Of a stretch of DNA of 64,000 bases, positions 1 through 14,049 are shown piece by piece (position 1 is the stretch's first letter; each line of letters starts with the position of its first letter). The notes under the pieces were generated by a model. That model ran no database searches. It was not told the origin of the DNA and saw nothing but the letters and a program-made list of their open reading frames with translations. Where the stretch lies: contig OZ024766.1 in the NCBI GenBank assembly GCA_964016885.1, forward strand, positions 13,454,001 through 13,518,000, in the 5' to 3' direction. The stretch is from Eledone cirrhosa. Lineage: Eukaryota. The translations under genes and the position numbers were made by a program.

Positions 1-419
1 AACAGTGGAGTTACTTCTGACAGCCAGTACCATGAACTTAAATGAATTCTCACCAACAGTGGAGTTACTTCTGACAGCTAATACCATGAACTTAAATGAT
101 TTCTCACCAACAGTGGAGTTACTTCTGACAGCTAATACCATGAACTTAAATGAATTCTCACCAACATTGGAGTTACTTCTGACAGCTAATACCATGACTT
201 AACTGAATTCTCACCAACAGTGGAGTTACTTCTGACAGCTAATACCATGAACTTAAATGAATTCTCACCAACATTGGAGTTACTTCTGACAGCTAGTACC
301 ATGAACTTAAATGAATTCTCACCAACAGTGGAGTTACTTCTGACAGCTAATACCATGAACTTAAATGAATTCTCACCAACAGTGGAGTTACTTCTGACAG
401 CTAATACCATGAACTTAAA

Positions 420-3400
420 TGAATTCTCACCAACAGTGGAGTTCCTTCTGACAGCTAATACCATGAACTTAAATGAATTCTCACCAACATTGGAGTTACT
501 GCTGACAGCTAGTACCATGACTTAAATGAATTCTCACCAACATTGGAGTTAGTTCTGACAGCTAGTACCATGACTTAAATGAATTCTCACCAACAATGGA
601 GTTACTTCTGACAGCTAATACCATGACTTAAATGAATTCTCACCAACAGTGGAGTTACTTCTGACAGCTAATACCATGAACTTAAATGAATTCTCACCAA
701 CAGTGGCGTTCCTTCTGACAGCTAATACCATGAACTTAAATGAATTCTCACCAACAGTGGAGTTACTTCTGACAGCTAGTACCATGACTTAAATGAATTC
801 TCACCAACATTGGAGTTCCTTCTGACAGCTAATACCATGAACTTAAATGAATTCTCACCAACAGTGGAGTTCCTTCTGACAGCTAATACCATGAACTTAA
901 ATGAATTCTCACCAACATTGGAGTTACTTCTGACAGCTAGTACCATGACTTAAATGAATTCTCACCAACATTGGAGTTACTTCTGACAGCTAGTACCATG
1001 ACTTAAATGAATTCTCACCAACAATGGAGTTACTTCTGACAGCTAATACCATGACTTAAATGAATTCTCACCAACAGTGGAGTTACTTCTGACAGCTAAT
1101 ACCATGAACTTAAATGAATTCTCACCAACAGTGGAGTTCCTTCTGACAGCTAATACCATGAACTTAAATGAATTCTCACCAACATTGGAGTTACTTCTGA
1201 CAGCTAGTACCATGAACTTAAATGAATTCTCACCAACAGTGGAGTTACTTCTGACAGCTAATACCATGAACTTAAATGAATTCTCACCAACAGTGGCGTT
1301 CCTTCTGACAGCTAATACCATGAACTTAAATGAATTCTCACCAACAGTGGAGTTACTTCTGACAGCTAGTACCATGACTTAAATGAATTCTCACCAACAT
1401 TGGAGTTCCTTCTGACAGCTAATACCATGAACTTAAATGAATTCTCACCAACAGTGGAGTTCCTTCTGACAGCTAATACCATGAACTTAAATGAATTCTC
1501 ACCAACATTGGAGTTACTTCTGACAACTAATACCATGACTTAAATGAATTCTCACCAACAGTGGAGTTACTTCTGACAAACTAATACCATGAACTTAAAT
1601 GAATTCTCACCAACAGTGGAGTTACTTCTGACAGCTAGTACCATGAACTTAAATGAATTCTCACCAACATTGAAGTTACTTCTGACAGCTAGTATCATGA
1701 ACTTAAATGAATTCTCACCAACAGTGGAGTTACTTCTGACAGCTAATACCATGAACTTAAATGAATTCTCACCAACAGTGGAGTTACTTCTGACAGCTAA
1801 TACCATGAACTTAAATGAATTCTCACCAACAGTGGAGTTACTTCTGACAGCTAATACCATGAACTTAAATGAATTCTCACCAACATTGGAGTTACTTCTG
1901 ACAGCTAGTACCATGAACTTAAATGAATTCTCACCAACAGTGGAGTGACTTCTGTCAGCTAATACCATGAACTTAAATGAATTCTCACCAACAGTGGTGT
2001 TACTTCTGACAGCTAATACCATGAACTTAAATGAATTCTCACCAACAGTGGAGTTACTTCTGACAGCTAGTACCATGAACTTAAATGAATTCTCACCAAC
2101 AGTGGAGTTACTTCTGACAGCTAATACCATGAACTTAAATGAATTCTCAGCAACAGTGGAGTTCCTTCTGACAGTTAATACCATGAACTTAAATGAATTC
2201 TCACCAACATTGGAGTTACTTCTGACAGCTAGTACCATGAACTTAAATGAATTCTCACCAACAGTGGAGTTACTTCTGACAGCTAATACCATGAACTTAA
2301 ATGAATTCTCACCAACAGTGGAGTTACTTCTGACAGCTAATACCATGAACTTAAATGAATTCTCACCAACATTGGAGTTACTTCTGACAGCTAGTACCAT
2401 GAACTTAAATGAATTCTCACCAACGGTGCAGTTACTTCTGACAGCTAATACCATGAACTTAAATGAATTCTCACCAACAGTGGCGTTCCTTCTGACAGCT
2501 AATACCATGAACTTAAATGAATTCTCACCAACAGTGGAGTTACTTCTGACAGCTAGTACCATGACTTAAATGAATTCTCACCAACATTGGAGTTCCTTCT
2601 GACAGCTAATACCATGAACTTAAATGAATTCTCACCAACAGTGGAGTTCCTTCTGACAGCTAATACCATGAACTTACATGAATTCTCACCAACATTGGAG
2701 TTACTTCTGACAACTAATACCATGACTTAAATGAATTCTCACCAACAGTGGAGTTACTTCTGACAAACTAATACCATGAACATAAATGAATTCTCACCAA
2801 CAGTGGAGTTACTTCTGACTGCTAATACCATGAACTTAAATGAATTCTCACCAACATTGGAGTGACTTCTGACAGCTAATACCATGAACTTAAATGAATT
2901 CTCACCAACATTGGGGTTACTTCTGCCAGCTAGTACCATGAACTTAAATGAATTCTCACCAACAGTGGAGTGACTTCTGACAGCTAATACCATGAACTTA
3001 AATGAATTCTCACCAACAGTGGAGTTACTTCTGACAGCTAGTACCATGACTTAAATGAATTCTCACCAACATTGGAGTTCCTTCTGACAGCTAATACCAT
3101 GAACTTAAATGAATTCTCACCAACAGTGGAGTTCCTTCTGACAGCTAATACCATGAACTTACATGAATTCTCACCAACATTGGAGTTACTTCTGACAACT
3201 AATACCATGACTTAAATGAATTCTCACCAACAGTGGAGTTACTTCTGACAAACTAATACCATGAACATAAATGAATTCTCACCAACAGTGGAGTTACTTC
3301 TGACTGCTAATACCATGAACTTAAATGAATTCTCACCAACATTGGAGTGACTTCTGACAGCTAATACCATGAACTTAAATGAATTCTCACCAACATTGGG

Positions 3401-6400
3401 GTTACTTCTGCCAGCTAGTACCATGAACTTAAATGAATTCTCACCAACAGTGGAGTGACTTCTGACAGCTAATACCATGAACCTAAATGAATTCTCACCA
3501 ACATTGGAGTGACTTCTGACAGCTAATACCATGAACTTAAATGAATTCTCACCAACAGTGGAGTTACTTCTGACAGCTAGTACCATGAACTTAAATGAAT
3601 TCTCACCAACAGTGGAGTTACTTCTGACAGCTAATACCATGAACTTAAATGAATTCTCAGCAACAGTGGAGTTCCTTCTGACAGCTAATACCATGAACTT
3701 AAATGAATTCTCACCAACATTGGAGTTACTTCTGACAGCTAGTACCATGAACTTAAATGAATTCTCACCAACAGTGGAGTTACTTCTGACAGCTAATACC
3801 ATGAACTTAAATGAATTCTCACCAACAGTAGCGTTCCTTCTGACAGCTAATACCATGAACTTAAATGAATTCTCACCAACAGTGGAGTTACTTCTGACAG
3901 CTAGTACCATGACTTAAATGAATTCTCACCAACATTGGAGTTCCTTCTGACAGCTAATACCATGAACTTAAATGAATTCTCACCAACAGTGGAGTTACTT
4001 CTGACAGCTAATACCATGAACTTAAATGAATTCTCACCAACAGTGGAGTTACTTCTGACAGCTAATACCATGAACTTAAACGAATTCTCACCAACAGTGG
4101 AGTTACTTCTGACAGCTAATACCATGAACTTAAATGAATTCTCACCAACAGTGGAGTTACTTCTGACAGCTAATACCATGAACTTAAATGAATTCTCACC
4201 AACAGTGGAGTTACTTCTGACAGCTAATACCATGAACTTAAATGAATTCTCACCAACAGTGGAGTTCCTTCTGACAGCTAATACCATGAACTTAAATGAA
4301 TTCTCACCAACATTGGAGTTACTTCTGACAGCTAGTACCATGACTTAAATGAATTCTCACCAACATTGGAGTTAGTTCTGACAGCTAGTACCATGACTTA
4401 AATGAATTCTCACCAACAATGGAGTTACTTCTGACAGCTAATACCATGACTTAAATGAATTCTCACCAACAGTGGAGTTACTTCTGACAGCTAATACCAT
4501 GAACTTAAATGAATTCTCACCAACAGTGGCGTTCCTTCTGACAGCTAATACCATGAACTTAAATGAATTCTCACCAACAGTGGAGTTACTTCTGACAGCT
4601 AGTACCATGACTTAAATGAATTCTCACCAACATTGGAGTTCCTTCTGACAGCTAATACCATGAACTTAAATGAATTCTCACCAACAGTGGAGTTCCTTCT
4701 GACAGCTAATACCATGAACTTAAATGAATTCTCACCAACATTGGAGTTACTTCTGACAGCTAGTACCATGACTTAAATGAATTCTCACCAACATTGGAGT
4801 TACTTCTGACAGCTAGTACCATGACTTAAATGAATTCTCACCAACAATGGAGTTACTTCTGACAGCTAATACCATGACTTAAATGAATTCTCACCAACAG
4901 TGGAGTTACTTCTGACAGCTAATACCATGAACTTAAATGAATTCTCACCAACAGTGGAGTTCCTTCTGACAGCTAATACCATGAACTTAAATGAATTCTC
5001 ACCAACATTGGAGTTACTTCTGACAGCTAGTACCATGAACTTAAATGAATTCTCACCAACAGTGGAGTTACTTCTGACAGCTAATACCATGAACTTAAAT
5101 GAATTCTCACCAACAGTGGCGTTCCTTCTGACAGCTAATACCATGAACTTAAATGAATTCTCACCAACAGTGGAGTTACTTCTGACAGCTAGTACCATGA
5201 CTTAAATGAATTCTCAGCAACATTGGAGTTCCTTCTGACAGCTAATACCATGAACTTAAATGAATTCTCACCAACAGTGGAGTTCCTTCTGACAGCTAAT
5301 ACCATGAACTTAAATGAATTCTCACCAACATTGGAGTTACTTCTGACAACTAATACCATGACTTAAATGAATTCTCACCAACAGTGGAGTTACTTCTGAC
5401 AAACTAATACCATGAACTTAAATGAATTCTCACCAACAGTGGAGTTACTTCTGACAGCTAGTACCATGAACTTAAATGAATTCTCACCAACATTGAAGTT
5501 ACTTCTGACAGCTAGTATCATGAACTTAAATGAATTCTCACCAACAGTGGAGTTACTTCTGACAGCTAGTACCATGAACTTAAATGATTTCTCACCAACA
5601 GTGGAGTTACTTCTGACAGCTAATACCATGAACTTAAATGATTTCTCACCAACAGTGGAGTTACTTCTGACAGCTAATACCATGAACTTAAATGAATTCT
5701 CACCAACATTGGAGTTACTTCTGACAGCTAATACCATGACTTAACTGAATTCTCACCAACAGTGGAGTTACTTCTGACAGCTAATACCATGAACTTAAAT
5801 GAATTCTCACCAACATTGGAGTTACTTCTGACAGCTAGTACCATGAACTTAAATGAATTCTCACCAACAGTGGAGTTACTTCTGACAGCTAATACCATGA
5901 ACTTAAATGAATTCTCACCAACAGTGGAGTTACTTCTGACAGCTAATACCATGAACTTAAATGAATTCTCACCAACAGTGGAGTTCCTTCTGACAGCTAA
6001 TACCATGAACTTAAATGAATTCTCACCAACATTGGAGTTACTTCTGACAGCTAGTACCATGACTTAAATGAATTCTCACCAACATTGGAGTTAGTTCTGA
6101 CAGCTAGTACCATGACTTAAATGAATTCTCACCAACAATGGAGTTACTTCTGACAGCTAATACCATGACTTAAATGAATTCTCACCAACAGTGGAGTTAC
6201 TTCTGACAGCTAATACCATGAACTTAAATGAATTCTCACCAACAGTGGCGTTCCTTCTGACAGCTAATACCATGAACTTAAATGAATTCTCACCAACAGT
6301 GGAGTTCCTTCTGACAGCTAGTACCATGACTTAAATGAATTCTCACCAACATTGGAGTTCCTTCTGACAGCTAATACCATGAACTTAAATGAATTCTCAC

Positions 6401-6750
6401 CAACAGTGGAGTTCCTTCTGACAGCTAATACCATGAACTTAAATGAATTCTCACCAACATTGGAGTTACTTCTGACAGCTAGTACCATGACTTAAATGAA
6501 TTCTCACCAACATTGGAGTTACTTCTGACAGCTAGTACCATGACTTAAATGAATTCTCACCAACAATGGAGTTACTTCTGACAGCTAATACCATGACTTA
6601 AATGAATTCTCACCAACAGTGGAGTTACTTCTGACAGCTAATACCATGAACTTAAATGAATTCTCACCAACAGTGGAGTTCCTTCTGACAGCTAATACCA
6701 TGAACTTAAATGAATTCTCACCAACATTGGAGTTACTTCTGACAGCTAGT
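420..6750. repeat. Further copies of the block at the window start (offsets 3823 and 5542)
   Basis: TTAGTT marker at 549, 4372 and 6091. ORF pairs 1043/4866 and 1567/5390 (offset 3823) and 186/5728 (offset 5542). Confidence 0.85.
2510..3480. repeat. Tandem duplication of a 485-bp (9-monomer) unit, also present at ~9290-10260
   Basis: ORFs 2754/3239 and 9531/10016 are offset by 485. The markers TTACATG, AACATA, GACTGCT and TTGGGG..CTGCCAGC each occur twice. Confidence 0.9.
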
Positions 6751-9700
6751 ACCATGAACTTAAATGAATTCTCACCAACATTGGAGTTACTTCTGACAAC
6801 TAATACCATGACTTAAATGAATTCTCACCAACAGTGGAGTTACTTCTGACAAACTAATACCATGAACTTAAATGAATTCTCACCAACAGTGGAGTTACTT
6901 CTGACAGCCAGTACCATGAACTTAAATGAATTCTCACCAACAGTGGAGTTACTTCTGACAGCTAATACCATGAACTTAAATGATTTCTCACCAACAGTGG
7001 AGTTACTTCTGACAGCTAATACCATGAACTTAAATGAATTCTCACCAACATTGGAGTTACTTCTGACAGCTAATACCATGACTTAACTGAATTCTCACCA
7101 ACAGTGGAGTTACTTCTGACAGCTAATACCATGAACTTAAATGAATTCTCACCAACATTGGAGTTACTTCTGACAGCTAGTACCATGAACTTAAATGAAT
7201 TCTCACCAACAGTGGAGTTACTTCTGACAGCTAATACCATGAACTTAAATGAATTCTCACCAACAGTGGAGTTACTTCTGACAGCTAATACCATGAACTT
7301 AAATGAATTCTCACCAACAGTGGAGTTCCTTCTGACAGCTAATACTATGAACTTAAATGAATTCTCACCAACATTGGAGTTACTTCTGACAGCTAGTACC
7401 ATGACTTAAATGAATTCTCACCAACATTGGAGTTAGTTCTGACAGCTAGTACCATGACTTAAATGAATTCTCACCAACAATGGAGTTACTTCTGACAGCT
7501 AATACCATGACTTAAATGAATTCTCACCAACAGTGGAGTTACTTCTGACAGCTAATACCATGAACTTAAATGAATTCTCACCAACAGTGGCGTTCCTTCT
7601 GACAGCTAATACCATGAACTTAAATGAATTCTCACCAACAGTGGAGTTCCTTCTGACAGCTACTACCATGAACTTAAATGAATTCTCACCAACATTGGAG
7701 TTACTTCTGACAGCTAGTACCATGACTTAAATGAATTCTCACCAACATTGGAGTTACTTCTGACAGCTAGTACCATGACTTAAATGAATTCTCACCAACA
7801 ATGGAGTTACTTCTGACAGCTAATACCATGACTTAAATGAATTCTCACCAACAGTGGAGTTACTTCTGACAGCTAATACCATGAACTTAAATGAATTCTC
7901 ACCAACAGTGGAGTTCCTTCTGACAGCTAATACCATGAACTTAAATGAATTCTCACCAACATTGGAGTTACTTCTGACAGCTAGTACCATGAACTTAAAT
8001 GAATTCTCACCAACAGTGGAGTTACTTCTGACAGCTAATACCATGAACTTAAATGAATTCTCACCAACAGTGGCGTTCCTTCTGACAGCTAATACCATGA
8101 ACTTAAATGAATTCTCACCAACAGTGGAGTTACTTCTGACAGCTAGTACCATGACTTAAATGAATTCTCACCAACATTGGAGTTCCTTCTGACAGCTAAT
8201 ACCATGAACTTAAATGAATTCTCACCAACAGTGGAGTTTCTTCTGACAGCTAATACCATGAACTTAAATGAATTCTCACCAACATTGGAGTTACTTCTGA
8301 CAACTAATACCATGACTTAAATGAATTCTCACCAACAGTGGAGTTACTTCTGACAAACTAATACCATGAACTTAAATGAATTCTCACCAACAGTGGAGTT
8401 ACTTCTGACAGCTAGTACCATGAACTTAAATGAATTCTCACCAACATTGAAGTTACTTCTGACAGCTAGTATCATGAACTTAAATGAATTCTCACCAACA
8501 GTGGAGTTACTTCTGACAGCTAATACCATGAACTTAAATGAATTCTCACCAACAGTGGAGTTACTTCTGACAGCTAATACCATGAACTTAAATGAATTCT
8601 CACCAACAGTGGAGTTACTTCTGACAGCTAATACCATGAACTTAAATGAATTCTCACCAACATTGGAGTTACTTCTGACAGCTAGTACCATGAACTTAAA
8701 TGAATTCTCACCAACAGTGGAGTGACTTCTGTCAGCTAATACCATGAACTTAAATGAATTCTCACCAACAGTGGAGTTACTTCTGACAGCTAATACCATG
8801 AACTTAAATGAATTATCACCAACAGTGGAGTTACTTCTGACAGCTAGTACCATGAACTTAAATGAATTCTCACCAACAGTGGAGTTACATCTGACAGCTA
8901 ATACCATGAACTTAAATGAATTCTCAGCAACAGTGGAGTTCCTTCTGACAGTTAATACCATGAACTTAAATGAATTCTCACCAACATTGGAGTTACTTCT
9001 GACAGCTAGTACCATGAACTTAAATGAATTCTCACCAACAGTGGAGTTACTTCTGACAGCTAATACCATGAACTTAAATGAATTCTCACCAACAGTGGAG
9101 TTACTTCTGACAGCTAATACCATGAACTTAAATGAATTCTCACCAACATTGGAGTTACTTCTGACAGCTAGTACCATGAACTTAAATGAATTCTCACCAA
9201 CGGTGCAGTTACTTCTGACAGCTAATACCATGAACTTAAATGAATTCTCACCAACAGTGGCGTTCCTTCTGACAGCTAATACCATGAACTTAAATGAATT
9301 CTCACCAACAGTGGAGTTACTTCTGACAGCTAGTACCATGACTTAAATGAATTCTCACCAACATTGGAGTTCCTTCTGACAGCTAATACCATGAACTTAA
9401 ATGAATTCTCACCAACAGTGGAGTTCCTTCTGACAGCTAATACCATGAACTTACATGAATTCTCACCAACATTGGAGTTACTTCTGACAACTAATACCAT
9501 GACTTAAATGAATTCTCACCAACAGTGGAGTTACTTCTGACAAACTAATACCATGAACATAAATGAATTCTCACCAACAGTGGAGTTACTTCTGACTGCT
9601 AATACCATGAACTTAAATGAATTCTCACCAACATTGGAGTGACTTCTGACAGCTAATACCATGAACTTAAATGAATTCTCACCAACATTGGGGTTACTTC

Positions 9701-12700
9701 TGCCAGCTAGTACCATGAACTTAAATGAATTCTCACCAACAGTGGAGTGACTTCTGACAGCTAATACCATGAACTTAAATGAATTCTCACCAACAGTGGA
9801 GTTACTTCTGACAGCTAGTACCATGACTTAAATGAATTCTCACCAACATTGGAGTTCCTTCTGACAGCTAATACAATGAACTTAAATGAATTCTCACCAA
9901 CAGTGGAGTTCCTTCTGACAGCTAATACCATGAACTTACATGAATTCTCACCAACATTGGAGTTACTTCTGACAACTAATACCATGACTTAAATGAATTC
10001 TCACCAACAGTGGAGTTACTTCTGACAAACTAATACCATGAACATAAATGAATTCTCACCAACAGTGGAGTTACTTCTGACTGCTAATACCATGAACTTA
10101 AATGAATTCTCACCAACATTGGAGTGACTTCTGACAGCTAATACCATGAACTTAAATGAATTCTCACCAACATTGGGGTTACTTCTGCCAGCTAGTACCA
10201 TGAACTTAAATGAATTCTCACCAACAGTGGAGTGACTTCTGACAGCTAATACCATGAACCTAAATGAATTCTCACCAACATTGGAGTGACTTCTGACAGC
10301 TAATACCATGAACTTAAATGAATTCTCACCAACAGTGGAGTTACTTCTGACAGCTAGTACCATGAACTTAAATGAATTCTCACCAACAGTGGAGTTACTT
10401 CTGACAGCTAATACCATGAACTTAAATGAATTCTCAGCAACAGTGGAGTTCCTTCTGACAGCTAATACCATGAACTTAAATGAATTCTCACCAACATTGG
10501 AGTTACTTCTGACAGCTAGTACCATGAACTTAAATGAATTCTCACCAACAGTGGAGTTACTTCTGACAGCTAATACCATGAACTTAAATGAATTCTCACC
10601 AACAGTAGCGTTCCTTCTGACAGCTAATACCATGAACTTAAATGAATTCTCACCAACAGTGGAGTTACTTCTGACAGCTAGTACCATGACTTAAATGAAT
10701 TCTCACCAACATTGGAGTTCCTTCTGACAGCTAATACCATGAACTTAAATGAATTCTCACCAACAGTGGAGTTACTTCTGACAGCTAATACCATGAACTT
10801 AAATGAATTCTCACCAACAGTGGAGTTACTTCTGACAGCTAATACCATGAACTTAAACGAATTCTCACCAACAGTGGAGTTACTTCTGACAGCTAATACC
10901 ATGAACTTAAATGAATTCTCACCAACAGTGGAGTTACTTCTGACAGCTAATACCATGAACTTAAATGAATTCTCACCAACAGTGGAGTTACTTCTGACAG
11001 CTAATACCATGAACTTAAATGAATTCTCACCAACATTGGAGTTACTTCTGACAGCTGATACCATGAACTTAAATGAATTCTCACCAACATTGGAGTTACT
11101 TCTGACAGCTAGTACCATGACTTAAATGAATTCTCACCAACAGTGGAGTTACTTCTGACAGCTAATACCATGAACTCTAATGAATTCTCACCAACAGTGG
11201 AGTCACTTCTGACAGCTAATACCATGAACTTAAATGAATTCTCACCAACATTGGAGTTACTTCTGACAGCTAGTACCATGAACTTAAATGAATTCTCACC
11301 AACAGTGGAGTTACTTCTGACAGCTAATACCATGAACTTAAATGAATTCTCACCAACAGTGGCGTCCCTTCTGACAGCTAATACCATGAACTTAAATGAA
11401 TTCTCACCAACAGTGGAGTTACTTCTGACAGCTAGTACCATGACTTAAATGAATTCTCACCAACATTGGAGTTCCTTCTGACAGCTAATACCATGAACTT
11501 AAATGAATTCTCACCAACAGTGGAGTTCCTTCTGACAGCTAATACCATGAACTTAAATGAATTCTCACCAACATTGGAGTTACTTCTGACAACTAATACC
11601 ATGACTTAAATGAATTCTCACCAACAGTGGAGTTACTTCTGACAAACTAATACCATGAACTTAAATGAATTCTCACCAACAGTGGAGTTACTTCTGAGAG
11701 CTAGTACCATGAACTTAAATGAATTCTCACCAACATTGGAGTTACTTCTGACAGCTAGTACCATGAACTTAAATGAATTCTCACCAACAGTGGAGTTACT
11801 TCTGACAGCTAATACCATGAACTTAAATGAATTCTCACCAACAGTGGAGTTACTTCTGACAGCTAATACCATGAACTTAAATGAATTCTCACCAACAGTG
11901 GAGTTACTTCTGACAGCTAATACCATGAACTTAAATGAATTCTCACCAACATTGGAGTTACTTCTGACAGCTAGTACCATGAACTTAAATGAATTCTCAC
12001 CAACAGTGGAGTGACTTCTGTCAGCTAATACCATGAACTTAAATGAATTCTCACCAACAGTGGAGTTACTTCTGACAGCTAATACCATGAACTTAAATGA
12101 ATTCTCACCAACAGTGGAGTTACTTCTGACAGCTAGTACCATGAACTTAAATGAATTCTCACCAACAGTGGAGTTACTTCTGACAGCTAATACCATGAAC
12201 TTAAATGAATTCTCAGCAACAGTGGAGTTCCTTCTGACAGCTATTACCATGAACTTAAATGAATTCTCACCAACATTGGAGTTACTTCTGACAGCTAGTA
12301 CCATGAACTTAAATGAATTCTCACCAACAGTGGAGTTACTTCTGACAGCTAATACCATGAACTTAAATGAATTCTCACCAACAGTGGAGTTACTTCTGAC
12401 AGCTAATACCATGAACTTAAATGAATTCTCACCAACATTGGAGTTACTTCTGACAGCTAGTACCATGAAGTTAAATGAATTCTCACCAACGGTGCAGTTA
12501 CTTCTGACAGCTAATACCATGAACTTAAATGAATTCTCACCAACAGTGGAGTTACTTCTGACAGCTAATACCATGAACTTAAATGAATTCTCACCAACAG
12601 TGGAGTTCCTTCTGACAGCTAATACCATGAACTTAAATGAATTCTCACCAACATTGGAGTTATTTCTGACAGCTAGTACCATGAACTTAAATGAATTCTC

Positions 12701-14049
12701 ACCAACAGTGGAGTTACTTCTGACAGCTAATACCATGAACTTAAATGAATTCTCACCAACAGTGGCGTTCCTTCTGACAGCTAATACCATGAACTTAAAT
12801 GAATTCTCACCAACAGTGGAGTTACTTCTGACAGCTAGTACCATGACTTAAATGAATTCTCACCAACATTGGAGTTCCTTCTGACAGCTAATACCATGAA
12901 CTTAAATGAATTCTCACCAACAGTGGAGTTCCTTCTGACAGCTAATACCATGAACTTACATGAATTCTCACCAACATTGGAGTTACTTCTGACAACTAAT
13001 ACCATGACTTAAATGAATTCTCACCAACAGTGGAGTTACTTCTGACAAACTAATACCATGAACATAAATGAATTCTCACCAACAGTGGAGTTACTTCTGA
13101 CTGCTAATACCATGAACTTAAATGAATTCTCACCAACATTGGAGTGACTTCTGACAGCTAATACCATGAACTTAAATGAATTCTCACCAACATTGGGGTT
13201 ACTTCTGCCAGCTAGTACCATGAACTTAAATGAATTCTCACCAACAGTGGAGTGACTTCTGACAGCTAATACCATGAACCTAAATGAATTCTCACCAACA
13301 TTGGAGTGACTTCTGACAGCTAATACCATGAACTTAAATGAATTCTCACCAACAGTGGAGTTACTTCTGACAGCTAGTACCATGAACTTAAATGAATTCT
13401 CACCAACAGTGGAGTTACTTCTGACAGCTAATACCATGAACTTAAATGAATTCTCAGCAACAGTGGAGTTCCTTCTGACAGCTAATACCATGAACTTAAA
13501 TGAATTCTCACCAACATTGGAGTTACTTCTGACAGCTAGTACCATGAACTTAAATGAATTCTCACCAACAGTGGAGTTACTTCTGACAGCTAATACCATG
13601 AACTTAAATGAATTCTCACCAACAGTGGCGTTCCTTCTGACAGCTAATACCATGAACTTAAATGAATTCTCACCAACAGTGGAGTTACTTCTGACAGCTA
13701 GTACCATGACTTAAATGAATTCTCACCAACATTGGAGTTCCTTCTGACAGCTAATACCATGAACTTAAATGAATTCTCACCAACAGTGGAGTTACTTCTG
13801 ACAGCTAATACCATGAACTTAAATGAATTCTCACCAACAGTGGAGTGACTTCTGACAGCTAATACCATGAACTTAAATGAATTCTCACCAACAGTGGAGT
13901 TACTTCTGACAGCTAATACCATGAACTTAAACGAATTCTCACCAACAGTGGAGTTACTTCTGACAGCTAATACCATGAACTTAAATGAATTCTCACCAAC
14001 ATTGGAGTTACTTCTGACAGCTAGTACCATGACTTAAATGAATTCTCAC

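Larger units (their letters stand above)
1..11030. repeat. Long direct duplication: ~1-4250 recurs at ~6885-11030 (offset 6884, then 6777)
   Basis: ORF landmarks 186/7070 (offset 6884) and 1043/7820, 1567/8344, 2754/9531, 3239/10016, 3901/10678 (all 6777). Rare variants appear in the same order in both copies: GCCAGT, GATTTC, TTAGTT, TTGAAG+AGTATC, GTTAAT, ACGGTGC, GTAGCG, AAACGAA. Confidence 0.9.

Noticed and set aside
44-97. Dense restriction-site palindromes (GAATTC, AGCT, CATG, TTAA) as a decoy or regulatory array
   Set aside because: A few short palindromes are expected by chance in an AT-rich 54-mer, and nothing in the window indicates a prokaryotic restriction-modification context.
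11633-12851. Longest ORFs (403 aa minus, 272 aa plus) as a repeat surface protein or antigenic-variation cassette
   Set aside because: This is simply a run of about 22 monomers without an indel. There is no signal peptide, anchor or expression site, and homologous blocks have different lengths.
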